Of a stretch of DNA of 52,772 nucleotides, positions 25,349-34,371 are shown one piece after another. Every line of letters starts with the position of its first letter. Positions within the stretch are counted from its first letter, which is position 1. Source of the stretch: an uncultured Actinomycetales bacterium (lineage in GTDB: Bacteria; Actinomycetota; Actinomycetes; CAXTBU01); assembly GCA_964242885.1 (NCBI GenBank), contig CAXTBU010000012.1:1-52772 (forward strand), in the 5' to 3' direction. Below the pieces are notes generated by a model that saw nothing but the letters and a program-made list of their open reading frames with translations, had not been told where the DNA came from and made no database searches. Position numbers and translations under genes: made by a program.

Positions 25349-26491
25349 ATGCCCTCCTCGCCGGCGAACCTCGTGCACACGGACCCGGACGCGTCCGGGT
25401 CGCGGATGCGCCGGCACGCGGTCCTGGGAGCCTCGCTGTTCGGGATCCTGTCCCTGGTCACCGTGGGCAGCGTGTGGGTGCTCGAGACGCCGCGGGCCCA
25501 ACAGGTGCAGGTCACCGTCGACGCCGTCACGGTGGCAGCGGTGGTCGGGTCGAGCCTGTTCCTGTCCTGGAGCCGGCTGCCCCGCCGGGCCCTGCTGCTC
25601 TACCCGGTTGCCGGCCTGGCCGAGCTGGCCCTGCTGGGCACCCGCACGACCGGGGTGAGCGGTGTCTATGCGGGCTTCCTCGTGCTCGTCTTCGTCTACG
25701 TCGGCTTCGTCGGGACCAGCCGGGACGTGCTCGCTCTGCTGCCGGTCGCGGCCGGGACCTGGTTGCTGCTCAACGACGTCCAGCGCGTGGGCGTGGACGC
25801 CGCGCTGCTGAGCCGGCTCGCGATCGTCATCGGCGTGTGGGCCGCCGTCGGCATCGTCACCGCTCGGCGGAGCGCCGCGGAACAGGGCGAGCACGACCGG
25901 CTGCTGGACGGGATGGGCACCGACGGCGTCACCGGCCTGGAGGACCGGCGGGCGCTGCGGCGCGCCCTGGAGAGCGTGCGCGTCGGGGACACCGTCGTGG
26001 TCCTGCGGGTCGACGAGTTCCCGGACCTCCGTCTCAGTCGGGGACCCGTTGCAGCGGAGGCCGTGCTGACCGCCTTCGGGCGCGTCGCCAAGCTCGACCT
26101 GTGGACGCACGACCGGGCCATCCGGATCGCCGCCGACGACTTCGTGCTGGTCCTCGCCCGAGCCAGCGGCGGGCGCGTGCGCAGCGTTCTCGGGGCGATC
26201 CGCGAGCACTGGCGGGAGGACGCCGGCAAGGTCACCTTCTCGGTGGGCGCCGCGACCGCCGCCCCGGGGGAGAGGTGGGACCAGCTGCTCAGCCGCGCGT
26301 CCGGGCTGTGCCGCGAGGCGGGCGAGGCCGGTCCGGACCGGTGGGTCATCGAGGGCATGGGCCCCGACGACCTGTGGGCACCAGTGGACGACGAGGGGAC
26401 CGGTCCCGCCGGGTCCGACCCGGTCGACCCCCGGCCCCGGCACGAGCCGGCGGCCTCGGAACGGCCTGCGGCCCGCGGGCCAGGGCCGTGA
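25349..26491 (+). CDS. Membrane protein with degenerate GGDEF domain
   Basis: ~5 predicted TM segments, then DGVTGLEDRRALRRAL and RIAADDFVLVL in place of GGDEF. ATG 25349 is in frame; ATG 25406 is an alternative. Confidence 0.75.
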   Translation: MPSSPANLVHTDPDASGSRMRRHAVLGASLFGILSLVTVGSVWVLETPRAQQVQVTVDAVTVAAVVGSSLFLSWSRLPRRALLLYPVAGLAELALLGTRTTGVSGVYAGFLVLVFVYVGFVGTSRDVLALLPVAAGTWLLLNDVQRVGVDAALLSRLAIVIGVWAAVGIVTARRSAAEQGEHDRLLDGMGTDGVTGLEDRRALRRALESVRVGDTVVVLRVDEFPDLRLSRGPVAAEAVLTAFGRVAKLDLWTHDRAIRIAADDFVLVLARASGGRVRSVLGAIREHWREDAGKVTFSVGAATAAPGERWDQLLSRASGLCREAGEAGPDRWVIEGMGPDDLWAPVDDEGTGPAGSDPVDPRPRHEPAASERPAARGPGP

Positions 26492-26823
26492 GCGACCCGC
26501 CCGACGCAGCCGGGCTCAGCACCGACTGAGCTCAGGAGTGACCGCAGTCCGGCGTTGACGGGGCTGCGTCCGGAACGCCGGGCCGCCGGGGCGCGGGGCG
26601 TCGTGCACTGCGGTCGGGGTCGAGCGCGTCGTAGACCGCCACCAGCCGCGGATGTCCGCAGATCGCGTCCGGCTCCCGATCGACCCCTGCGGCCGGTTCA
26701 GGCACCGATCCGGCACGACGGTGTACCGAGATCGACCACTTCGGGCGGCAGCTGCCCGTACCGCGTCGCGCGGACGACATCTGGTCGGATCCGGTACGCC
26801 GTCGGCCCCAGTTCAAGCGCGGC

Positions 26824-29040
26824 TCACTGCGCGGGGACGACCCAGCCCTGCGGGTCGTGGACGTGGGAACCGACCTCCAACACGACGTCGGCCGGAGCGG
26901 GCGCGACCCGGGTGCGGGACGCCGGGTCCCACTCGGCCAGCGGGGTGAAGGAGACGTCCACGTCGACCGACGCGGTCGCTCCCGCGGCGACGTCGACGCC
27001 GGCGAAGCCGGCAAGCAGCAGCTCACCGGCGTAGTCCCCGGTCGAGCGGCGGCCGTAGACCTGCACCACGTGGTGCCCGTCCCGGTCACCGATGTTGGTG
27101 ACCTGCACGGTCAGCCGCACCCCGCCGGGCTGCGGGCTCACCGTCGTGACCTCGTCGATCGAGAAGGTCGTGTAGGACAGGCCGAAACCGTGCGGGAACG
27201 CGGGCGCGACACCGAGGGAGTCCAGCAGGCGCTGGCCGTGGAAGCGGTCGTAGGTGATCGCGGTGGCATCGCGGTCGAAGAACGGCAGGTGGTCGGCCGA
27301 GGTGGGGATGGAGATCGGCAGCCGGCCGGCCGGGTTCTGCGTGCCGGTCAGCACGTCGGCGAGCGCGTGCCCGCCCTCCATGCCCGCGTACCACATCATC
27401 AGAACGGCAGGGACGTGCGAGCGCCAGCTCTCGGTGAGCACCGCTCCGGCCGCGACGAGAGCCACGACCGTGCGGGGGTTGGCGGCAGCCACCGCGCGGA
27501 TCACGTCCTCGTCGACCGGCCGCAGCGACAGCGACGCCCGGTCCCCGCCGTACTCGTCGCCGGAGCTCATCACCACGTTGCCGCCGTCGCCGGCCGGCTG
27601 CGCCTCGTCGTCCCGGGCACCGGCGCCCTGCGACCCGTCCCGCGGCGGGTAGAGCGCCAGCAACTCCGGGCGGGTCATCGTGTCGGAGCCGACGTACTCG
27701 CCCTCGTCGCGCATGTCGAAGCCCGCCACCACGACCGCGATGTCCGCGGCGCGGGCGGCATCCGCGGCCGCGGCCGGGTCGTCCTGCTCGACGAGGGTGA
27801 CGGCGGCGCCCGGGAAGGCGGCGGTGATGCCGGCCAGCGGGGTGGTGAAGTCCGGCGGCCGCACCTGGGACGACCCGAGGTCGCCCATGTTCGGGGCGGT
27901 CGCCAGCCGGCCGATCACCGCGATCGAGCCGACCGCGGCCGGGTCCAGCGGCAGCACCGGCGCACCGTCGACCGGCTCGTTGCGCAGCAGCACCATCGCC
28001 CGGGCGGCGGCCGTCCGCGCCAGCGCCCGGGCGTCGTCGGTGACCATCGTCGCCGGGCCGAACTCCCCGCCCGCGCGGGAGGCGTAGGAGCGCAGCTGCA
28101 CGGCGAGCATGCGCACCCCGGACCGCTCGACCATCGCCCAGGAGGTCTCACCGGCGGCCAGCTGAGCGGGCAGGAACCGGGCCCGCTGCTGGGCGAACGG
28201 CTCCTCCAGGTCCAGGCCGGCGTTCAGCGACCGGGCCGCGTCGCGCAGTCCCCAGATGAAGTCCGACACCGTGATCCCGTCCCAGCCCCACTGGTCGCGC
28301 AGGACGTCGGTCAGCAGGTGCTCGTTCTGGCCGGCCCACTCGCCGTCGACCGCGTTGTAGGCGGACATGATCGCCGCGACGCCCTCGTCGACCGTGCGCC
28401 TGAAGTGCGGCAGGTAGACGTCCTGCAGCGTGGCCTCGTCGATGCTGACGTCCACGGTGAAGCGGGCGTTCTCCATCGAGTTGAGCGCGTAGTGCTTCGC
28501 GCACGCCATCACGTACCGCTGCGAGCCGCGGGTCAGCGCGGCGCCGAACTCCCCGAGGTGGTACGGGTCGTCGCCGTAGGTCTCCTGAGCGCGGCCCCAG
28601 GCCGGGTGGCGCGGCAGGTTGATGCAGACGCCGCCGAAGAAGTTGCCGCCCTGGGCCCGGATCTCGCGGCCGATGACCTCACCGATCCGCTCCTCCAGCG
28701 CGACGTCCCAGGTGGCGCCGCGCGCCATCGACACCGGGAACGCGGTGCCGTGCCCGGACACGCAGCCCCGGGGGCCGTCGACGAACCGGGTGCCGGGGAT
28801 GCCGAGGCGGTCCACCGCGCCGTGGACGTAGGGCGTGAGGTTGTAGCCCTCGTTGACCATCGCGTCCATGCCGGGCCAGAACGGGGTGTCCCCGTCGAGC
28901 AGGCCGAGGCGCTCGCCCTCGCTCAGCCGGGCGTACAGCCCCGCGGCCGCATCGGCCGGCGTCGCGCCGGACCGGACCGCGTCGACGGCCCGCTCGAACG
29001 CGTCCTGGTCCGGTCCGTGCTGCGCGGCGTCGTCGCCCAT
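26824..29040 (-). CDS. Glycoside hydrolase family 3 (beta-glucosidase-like)
   Basis: ATG 29040 follows GGAGAAGGA. ...GRAQETYGDDPYH...ACAKHYALNSMEN...SAYNAVDGEWAG...GITVSDF... Confidence 0.9.
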   Translation of the reverse strand: MGDDAAQHGPDQDAFERAVDAVRSGATPADAAAGLYARLSEGERLGLLDGDTPFWPGMDAMVNEGYNLTPYVHGAVDRLGIPGTRFVDGPRGCVSGHGTAFPVSMARGATWDVALEERIGEVIGREIRAQGGNFFGGVCINLPRHPAWGRAQETYGDDPYHLGEFGAALTRGSQRYVMACAKHYALNSMENARFTVDVSIDEATLQDVYLPHFRRTVDEGVAAIMSAYNAVDGEWAGQNEHLLTDVLRDQWGWDGITVSDFIWGLRDAARSLNAGLDLEEPFAQQRARFLPAQLAAGETSWAMVERSGVRMLAVQLRSYASRAGGEFGPATMVTDDARALARTAAARAMVLLRNEPVDGAPVLPLDPAAVGSIAVIGRLATAPNMGDLGSSQVRPPDFTTPLAGITAAFPGAAVTLVEQDDPAAAADAARAADIAVVVAGFDMRDEGEYVGSDTMTRPELLALYPPRDGSQGAGARDDEAQPAGDGGNVVMSSGDEYGGDRASLSLRPVDEDVIRAVAAANPRTVVALVAAGAVLTESWRSHVPAVLMMWYAGMEGGHALADVLTGTQNPAGRLPISIPTSADHLPFFDRDATAITYDRFHGQRLLDSLGVAPAFPHGFGLSYTTFSIDEVTTVSPQPGGVRLTVQVTNIGDRDGHHVVQVYGRRSTGDYAGELLLAGFAGVDVAAGATASVDVDVSFTPLAEWDPASRTRVAPAPADVVLEVGSHVHDPQGWVVPAQ

Positions 29041-29180
29041 GAGGTCCTTCTCCGTCGGTGCGGACACAGGCCCACCCGGGGGGACGGCTGGGCGCGGGCA
29101 GCCTAGGGGCCGGGGGACGGCGTGCCGCATGCCCGCGGGCCCACCGGACGGCGCGCAACCGGCCGGGTCAGGATGGGTGG

Positions 29181-30638
29181 GTGACCCGTCCCCGGCCCCG
29201 CGTCGTCGTCCTCGGTGGCGGGCCGGGCGGGTACGAGGCGTCCCTGGTCGCCGCGCAGCTCGGCGCCGAGGTCACCGTGGTCGAGGCCGAGGGCATCGGC
29301 GGGTCGGCCGTGCTCACCGACTGCGTGCCCAGCAAGACGCTGATCGCGACCGCGCAGGTGCTGACCCGCGCCCGGGAGTCCGGGGAGCTCGGGCTGCAGC
29401 TGCTGGGCGACGAGGGGCCGGCCGCCCCGGTGGACCTCGCGGCGGTCAACGAGCGGGTCCGCGCCCTCGCCGTCGCGCAGTCGCACGACATCGCCGAGTC
29501 GCTGCGCTCGCGCGGGGTGCGGGTGGTCGGCGGAACGGGGCGGCTCGCCGGCCGGGACCCGGGCCCCCGCGGCGGCCACCGGGTCACGTGGTCCGCGCGC
29601 GACGGCGCACCCGGCGACGCGCGCGACGGCGCGCGCGACGGTGCACCCCGCGCGGAGGACGGGGGTGAACTGGCCGCCGACATCGTGCTGGTCGCGACCG
29701 GCGCCAGTCCGCGCGTGCTGCCGGACGCCGAGCCCGACGGCGAACGGATCCTCACCTGGACCCAGCTGTACGAGCTGGCGCAGCTGCCCGAGCACCTGGT
29801 GGTCGTCGGGTCCGGGGTGACCGGGGCGGAGTTCGCCGGCGCCTACCGGTCCCTCGGCGCGCGCGTCACCCTCGTGTCCTCCCGGGACCGGGTGCTGCCG
29901 GGTGAGGACGCGGATGCCGCCGGGGTGCTGCAGGACGTGTTCGCCCGCCGCGGGATGACCGTCCTGTCCCGGTCCCGGGCGGAGTCGGTGACCCGCACCG
30001 ACGACGGCATCGAGGTGCGGCTCACCGACGGGCGCCGGGTGACCGGCAGCCACTGCCTGGTCGCCGTCGGGTCGGTGCCGAACACGGCCGGGATCGGCCT
30101 GGCCGAGGCCGGGGTCGAGCTCACCGAGGCCGGGCACGTCGCAGTCGACCGGGTGTCCCGCACCGGCGTCCCGGGGATCTACGCCGCCGGGGACTGCACC
30201 GGGGTCCTGCTGCTGGCCTCGGTCGCGGCGATGCAGGGCCGGATCGCGATGTGGCACGCGCTCGGCGACGCGGTGGCCCCGCTGGACCTCGGCCAGGTCT
30301 GCGCCAACGTGTTCACCGACCCGGAGATCGCCACCATCGGCCCGCCACCGGACGACACCGTCCGCACCGTGACCCTCCCGCTGGCCGGGAACGCGCGCGC
30401 CAAGATGCAGGCCTTCGGCGACGGTTTCGTCAAGCTGTACTGCCGTCCGGCCACCGGCATCCTCACCGGTGGGGTCGTGGTCGCGCCCGGCGCCAGCGAG
30501 CTGGTGCACCCGCTGTCGCTCGCCGTCGCCGGCCGGCTGACCGTGGACCAGGTGGCGCAGGCGTTCACCGTCTACCCGTCGCTGTCCGGGTCGCTGGCCG
30601 AGGCCGCCCGCCGCCTGCACACCCGCGCCCAGGCCTGA
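29181..30638 (+). CDS. lpdA: NAD(P)H-quinone dehydrogenase / dihydrolipoamide-dehydrogenase-like flavoprotein (LpdA, Rv3303c type)
   Basis: GTG 29181. VVVLGGGPGGYEASL...GIGGSAVLTDCVPSKTLIA...VVVGSGVTGAEFA...AAGDCTG. Confidence 0.85.
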   Translation: MTRPRPRVVVLGGGPGGYEASLVAAQLGAEVTVVEAEGIGGSAVLTDCVPSKTLIATAQVLTRARESGELGLQLLGDEGPAAPVDLAAVNERVRALAVAQSHDIAESLRSRGVRVVGGTGRLAGRDPGPRGGHRVTWSARDGAPGDARDGARDGAPRAEDGGELAADIVLVATGASPRVLPDAEPDGERILTWTQLYELAQLPEHLVVVGSGVTGAEFAGAYRSLGARVTLVSSRDRVLPGEDADAAGVLQDVFARRGMTVLSRSRAESVTRTDDGIEVRLTDGRRVTGSHCLVAVGSVPNTAGIGLAEAGVELTEAGHVAVDRVSRTGVPGIYAAGDCTGVLLLASVAAMQGRIAMWHALGDAVAPLDLGQVCANVFTDPEIATIGPPPDDTVRTVTLPLAGNARAKMQAFGDGFVKLYCRPATGILTGGVVVAPGASELVHPLSLAVAGRLTVDQVAQAFTVYPSLSGSLAEAARRLHTRAQA

Positions 30639-30930
30639 CCGGCGCACCGCTTCGCAGTCGGGTGGCGGTGAGAGCGCTGCGATCCGGGCGTGGGCGGAGG
30701 TGGGCGAGCACCCGGTAGGTGAGCGCGGCCATCTCCAACAGGGCCGGGACGCACACGCCGCGGCCACCAGGTGAGCGGAGTGGCTGTCTGGCGTCTTGCA
30801 CCGCCGGTGGCGGCGCGCGCTTCGCCGTCCAGGATTGGCCCGGCGCGTTTCCGGTAGTCCGCGACCGGCGGTGCTGAGTTCGTGGCCGTTCTCGGCCCGG
30901 ACGCGGGTCCGATGTCAACTCCGGGCGGGG

Positions 30931-31707
30931 CTACTTGAGGGTGAGCGGCGGGGTGATCGCCCCGAAGATCGTCGCGTCGTCCTTGACGTACGCGCGGTAG
31001 GTCCCGGCACCGGTGGCCAGTGCCCGACTGGCCCGGCCTGTCCGGTCGGTCGTCAGGCCTCCGGCGTAGCCCCACGAACCGTTCGGCTGGAGCTTCTGGA
31101 CGTAGACGCCCCGGCCGCCCCACTGGCCGAACCGGCATAGCGTGCTGTTGTAGGCCAGCGTCCAGGCCCGGACCGACACGGTTGCACCCGAGCGTTGTAG
31201 GACGACGGCCAGGCCGCCGCTCGCGCGGATGTCCACCGGGTAGTAGGCGATGGACCGGTTACCGAGGTAGCCCTGGTCGTTGAACCTGGTCGCGTACACC
31301 TGCCAGGTGTAGGTGCCGTACCCGGTGAGCTTCGCCGTGGGAACGTCGAAGGGCACTGACCACGCCGTGTTCCCGGCGGGGTCGTCGGTGCTGAAATGTC
31401 GGCCGTTGATGACCCCGTCGGCGACTCGGTGCGCGAGCTCGGCCTGGACGTTGTCCATCGGTGTGGTGGTGACGTCCAGTTGGGCCTCGGTCAGCCGTGA
31501 GGCCACCGGCAGCTTCGACAGGTACCGCACCTTGATGGCGTCGATGTCACCGGACGGGGCGCTGAGCGCCGCGGCCCCCACGGCCCCGGTCGACGTGACC
31601 GTCGCGCGGACGGTCGGCCTCGTCGTGTCTGCGCTCGCTGGCGGGGCGGCGAGCACCCCGACGGTCGTGAACGTGGCAGCGGCCACCAGGCCGGCGAGGC
31701 GTCGCAT
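30931..31707 (-). CDS. Secreted hypothetical protein
   Basis: ATG 31707. Signal peptide MRRLAGLVAAATFTTVGVLAAPPASA. No family recognised. Confidence 0.6.
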   Translation of the reverse strand: MRRLAGLVAAATFTTVGVLAAPPASADTTRPTVRATVTSTGAVGAAALSAPSGDIDAIKVRYLSKLPVASRLTEAQLDVTTTPMDNVQAELAHRVADGVINGRHFSTDDPAGNTAWSVPFDVPTAKLTGYGTYTWQVYATRFNDQGYLGNRSIAYYPVDIRASGGLAVVLQRSGATVSVRAWTLAYNSTLCRFGQWGGRGVYVQKLQPNGSWGYAGGLTTDRTGRASRALATGAGTYRAYVKDDATIFGAITPPLTLK

Positions 31708-32010
31708 CACACGGAACTCCCTTGTCGAGGACCCGGTGACCACCAGCAGGCCTGGACGGAGCACACCGCACGCGCGGCCAACCGTCTAGAGGTCACCGAC
31801 GGTCTGTGCACTGGCCATCGGCCGACCGGTGCCGGTCAACATCCGGCCGTCGGCACGAACCACGGTCGACGACCTCCGCCCGTGACGAGAGCGACGGGGC
31901 GGGGTCGTCGAGCGGCGAGCACTCGACGGTGACCCGTTGCCGTCAGGAGAGGGGTGAGCCGTTCCGCGGCTGACGCCGACGGTGACGAGGTCGACGAGTT
32001 GACCCGGCGT

Positions 32011-32045
32011 CCTAATGACCGTAGGTTTGGCCCTAACGAAGTTAG
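32011..32045. promoter_or_regulatory. Candidate TetR operator: two CCTAAYGA half-sites 21 nt apart, each within a small palindrome
   Basis: CCTAatgaccgTAGG at 32011..32025 and CTAACgaaGTTAG at 32033..32045. They sit in an A/T-richer patch 17-50 nt upstream of ATG 32062. Confidence 0.4.
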
Positions 32046-32061
32046 CCAACGAGGGGACGCC

Positions 32062-32898
32062 ATGACCGAGACCCTGACCATCGCCGGCAAGACCATCGCC
32101 TACGACCTCACCGGACAGGGCCCCCTCGTGGTCCTCGCGCACGGGATGGGTGACAGCCGCCACTCCTACCGGTTCCTGGCCCCCGCGCTCGTCGCGGCCG
32201 GCTACCGGGTCGCCAACACGGACATCCGCGGGTGCGGTGACTCCAGCCTCGGCTGGGACGGCTACAGCCGGACCGACATCGCCGGGGACCTGGTCGCCCT
32301 CGTGCGCCACCTGGGTGGTCCGGCGGTGATCGTCGGGCAGTCCATCAGCGGCGGGGCGGCGACCATCGCCGCGGCCACCGCCCCGGACCTGATCTCCGGA
32401 CTCGTCGAGCTGGCCCCGTTCACCCGCAAGCAGTCGGTCTCGCTGCGCGGGCTGGCCCGGGTGGGGCGCTACCGGGCCGGGTCGACGCACCTGGGCACGA
32501 CCATGGCCCTGGGGAGCCTCTCGGCCTGGAAGAAGTACCTCGACCTCGCCTACCCCACCAAGCCGGTCGACTGGGACGACGAGCTGGGCCGGATCGAGGC
32601 CACGATGCGCGAGCCCGGTCGGATGAAGGCCCTGCAGGCCATGGGCGCGAGCGCCCCCACCGACGCCGGCGCCCAGCTCGGCAACGTCCGGTGCCCGGTG
32701 CTGGTCGTGGAGGGAAGCCTCGACCCGGACTGGGCCGACCCGCGCGCCGAGGGTCAGAAGATCCTCGCGGACCTGCCCGACGGTCTCGGCGAGTTGCACG
32801 TCATCCAGGGCGCCGGCCACTACCCCCAGGCCCAGACCCCCGACGAGGTGCTCGCGCTCACCCTGCCCTTCCTGGCCAGGACGCTCACCGATGCCTAG
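32062..32898 (+). CDS. Alpha/beta hydrolase
   Basis: MTETLTIAGKTIAYDLTGQGPLVVLAHGMGDS...VGQSISGG (nucleophile elbow GxSxG)...GAGHYP. Confidence 0.85.
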   Translation: MTETLTIAGKTIAYDLTGQGPLVVLAHGMGDSRHSYRFLAPALVAAGYRVANTDIRGCGDSSLGWDGYSRTDIAGDLVALVRHLGGPAVIVGQSISGGAATIAAATAPDLISGLVELAPFTRKQSVSLRGLARVGRYRAGSTHLGTTMALGSLSAWKKYLDLAYPTKPVDWDDELGRIEATMREPGRMKALQAMGASAPTDAGAQLGNVRCPVLVVEGSLDPDWADPRAEGQKILADLPDGLGELHVIQGAGHYPQAQTPDEVLALTLPFLARTLTDA

Positions 32899-33475
32899 GC
32901 CCAGGCTCGACCCGGCCTCGGTCACCGAGGCGGGGGCGGCCCTGGCGGACGAGGTCGGCTTCGAACGCCTCAGCATGGGTCTGCTCGCCGAACGGCTCGG
33001 GGTCAAGACCCCCTCGCTCTACACGCACGTCGCCGGTCAGGCCGACCTGGCGCACCGGATCGCGGTCCTGGCCATGACGGAGATCGCCGACGCGATGCGC
33101 GACGCCATCCAGGGTCGAGCCGGCAGCGACGCCCTGATCGCCGGCTCGCACGCCATGCGGACCTACGTGCTCCAGCACCCCGGGCGGTACGCGGCGGGCA
33201 ACGCGGCCCAGCCGACCGGGCCCGAGGACCCGCTCGTCCCGGCCGTCGAGCGGGTGCTCGCCTCCTGGGCGGCGATGCTGCGCGGATACCACCTGGACCC
33301 CGAGCAGGAGATCCACGCGCTGCGGATGCTGCGCAGCAGCCTGCACGGCTTCGCCACCCTGGAAGCCGGCGGCGGTTTCCAGATCGAGGCCGACGTCGCG
33401 ACCAGCTTCGCCTGGATGCTCGACCTGATCCACCACGGCCTCACGGCACACCGACCTGCCCCCGTCCTGCGGTGA
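32891..33475 (+). CDS. TetR/AcrR family transcriptional regulator
   Basis: ...VGFERLSMGLLAERLGVKTPSLYTHVAGQADL (TetR HTH). Overlaps the hydrolase stop by 8 nt. Confidence 0.9.
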   Translation: MPRPRLDPASVTEAGAALADEVGFERLSMGLLAERLGVKTPSLYTHVAGQADLAHRIAVLAMTEIADAMRDAIQGRAGSDALIAGSHAMRTYVLQHPGRYAAGNAAQPTGPEDPLVPAVERVLASWAAMLRGYHLDPEQEIHALRMLRSSLHGFATLEAGGGFQIEADVATSFAWMLDLIHHGLTAHRPAPVLR

Positions 33476-33681
33476 ACCGTGGGTGCGCACGAGATCCGTG
33501 GGCCGGGACGGCGCAACGCGGCCGACACGGGCCGGTGGAGCCCTCAGGCACCATTCCGGCGTCAGGTTCCGGCCGCGGGCATGCGCCGAACGATTGATCG
33601 ACGACGGGATCCGATGACGCGCACGTCCCGACCGCCCGGTGACTCCGGGGAGCGAGTCCCGAGAGGGGGGCGAGTCCCGAG

Positions 33682-34371
33682 ATGAGCGCCGTCGGTGTCG
33701 TGTTCGACCTCGACGGGGTGCTGGTGGACTCCGAGCACCTGTGGGAGCACGGCTGGACGCGCAACTCCCGCGAGCACGGCTACGCCTGGACCGACGCGGA
33801 CACCGCCGCCTGCCAGGGGAGCAGCGTTCCGGAGTGGGGCGGCTACCTGGGCGAGCGGACGTCCCGGCCGGGCCCGGTCGCGGCCGGCGAGGTCGTCGGG
33901 GGAGTGGTCGCGGCCTACCGCGCCGGGGAGGTCGCGCTGCTGCCGGGCGCCTGGGAGCTCGTCGAGGCGGTGGCCGCGCGTGTCCCGGTGGCCCTGGCCA
34001 GCTCCGCGCCCCGGTCGGTCATCGACGTGGTGATGGACAGCATGGGCCTGCGCCGTCTGTTCCGGGCGACCGTCTCCAGCGCGGAGGTCGCGCGGGGCAA
34101 GCCCAGCCCCGACGTCTACGCCGAGGCCGTGCGCCGGCTCGGGATCGACGCGGCGAGCAGCTTCGCGGTGGAGGACTCCAGCAACGGGGTCCGCGCGGCC
34201 GCGGCGGCCGGGCTCGCGGTGCTCGCCGTCCCCACCGACCGGTACCCGCTGGACGCGGACGCGGCAGGGTGTGCGCTGCGGGTCGAGCGCGACCGCGACG
34301 GCGTCCGCACCGCCCTGCTCTCCCTGCTCGACGCCCACAGCCGGACCGACGATGGAGAGCTGCCGAGATGA
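33682..34371 (+). CDS. HAD family hydrolase (beta-phosphoglucomutase-like subfamily)
   Basis: VVFDLDGVLVDSE (motif I), ...LASSAPR, ...GKPSPDVY, ...AVEDSSNGVRAA. Confidence 0.85.
   Translation: MSAVGVVFDLDGVLVDSEHLWEHGWTRNSREHGYAWTDADTAACQGSSVPEWGGYLGERTSRPGPVAAGEVVGGVVAAYRAGEVALLPGAWELVEAVAARVPVALASSAPRSVIDVVMDSMGLRRLFRATVSSAEVARGKPSPDVYAEAVRRLGIDAASSFAVEDSSNGVRAAAAAGLAVLAVPTDRYPLDADAAGCALRVERDRDGVRTALLSLLDAHSRTDDGELPR

Noticed and set aside
26532-26716. Minus-strand peptide ...CGHPRLVAVYDALDPDRS..., resembling the N-terminus of actinobacterial SAM-dependent methyltransferases
   Set aside because: Only ~15 residues look familiar and no SAM-binding motif follows in any frame. It is too short to call even as a remnant.
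30640-30800. Minus-strand peptide ...SPGGRGVCVPALLEMAALTYRVL..., reminiscent of a P450 heme-binding loop, in the convergent intergenic region
   Set aside because: The canonical FxxGxRxCxG pattern is not satisfied (CVP instead of CxG) and there is no upstream P450 sequence. It is probably chance.
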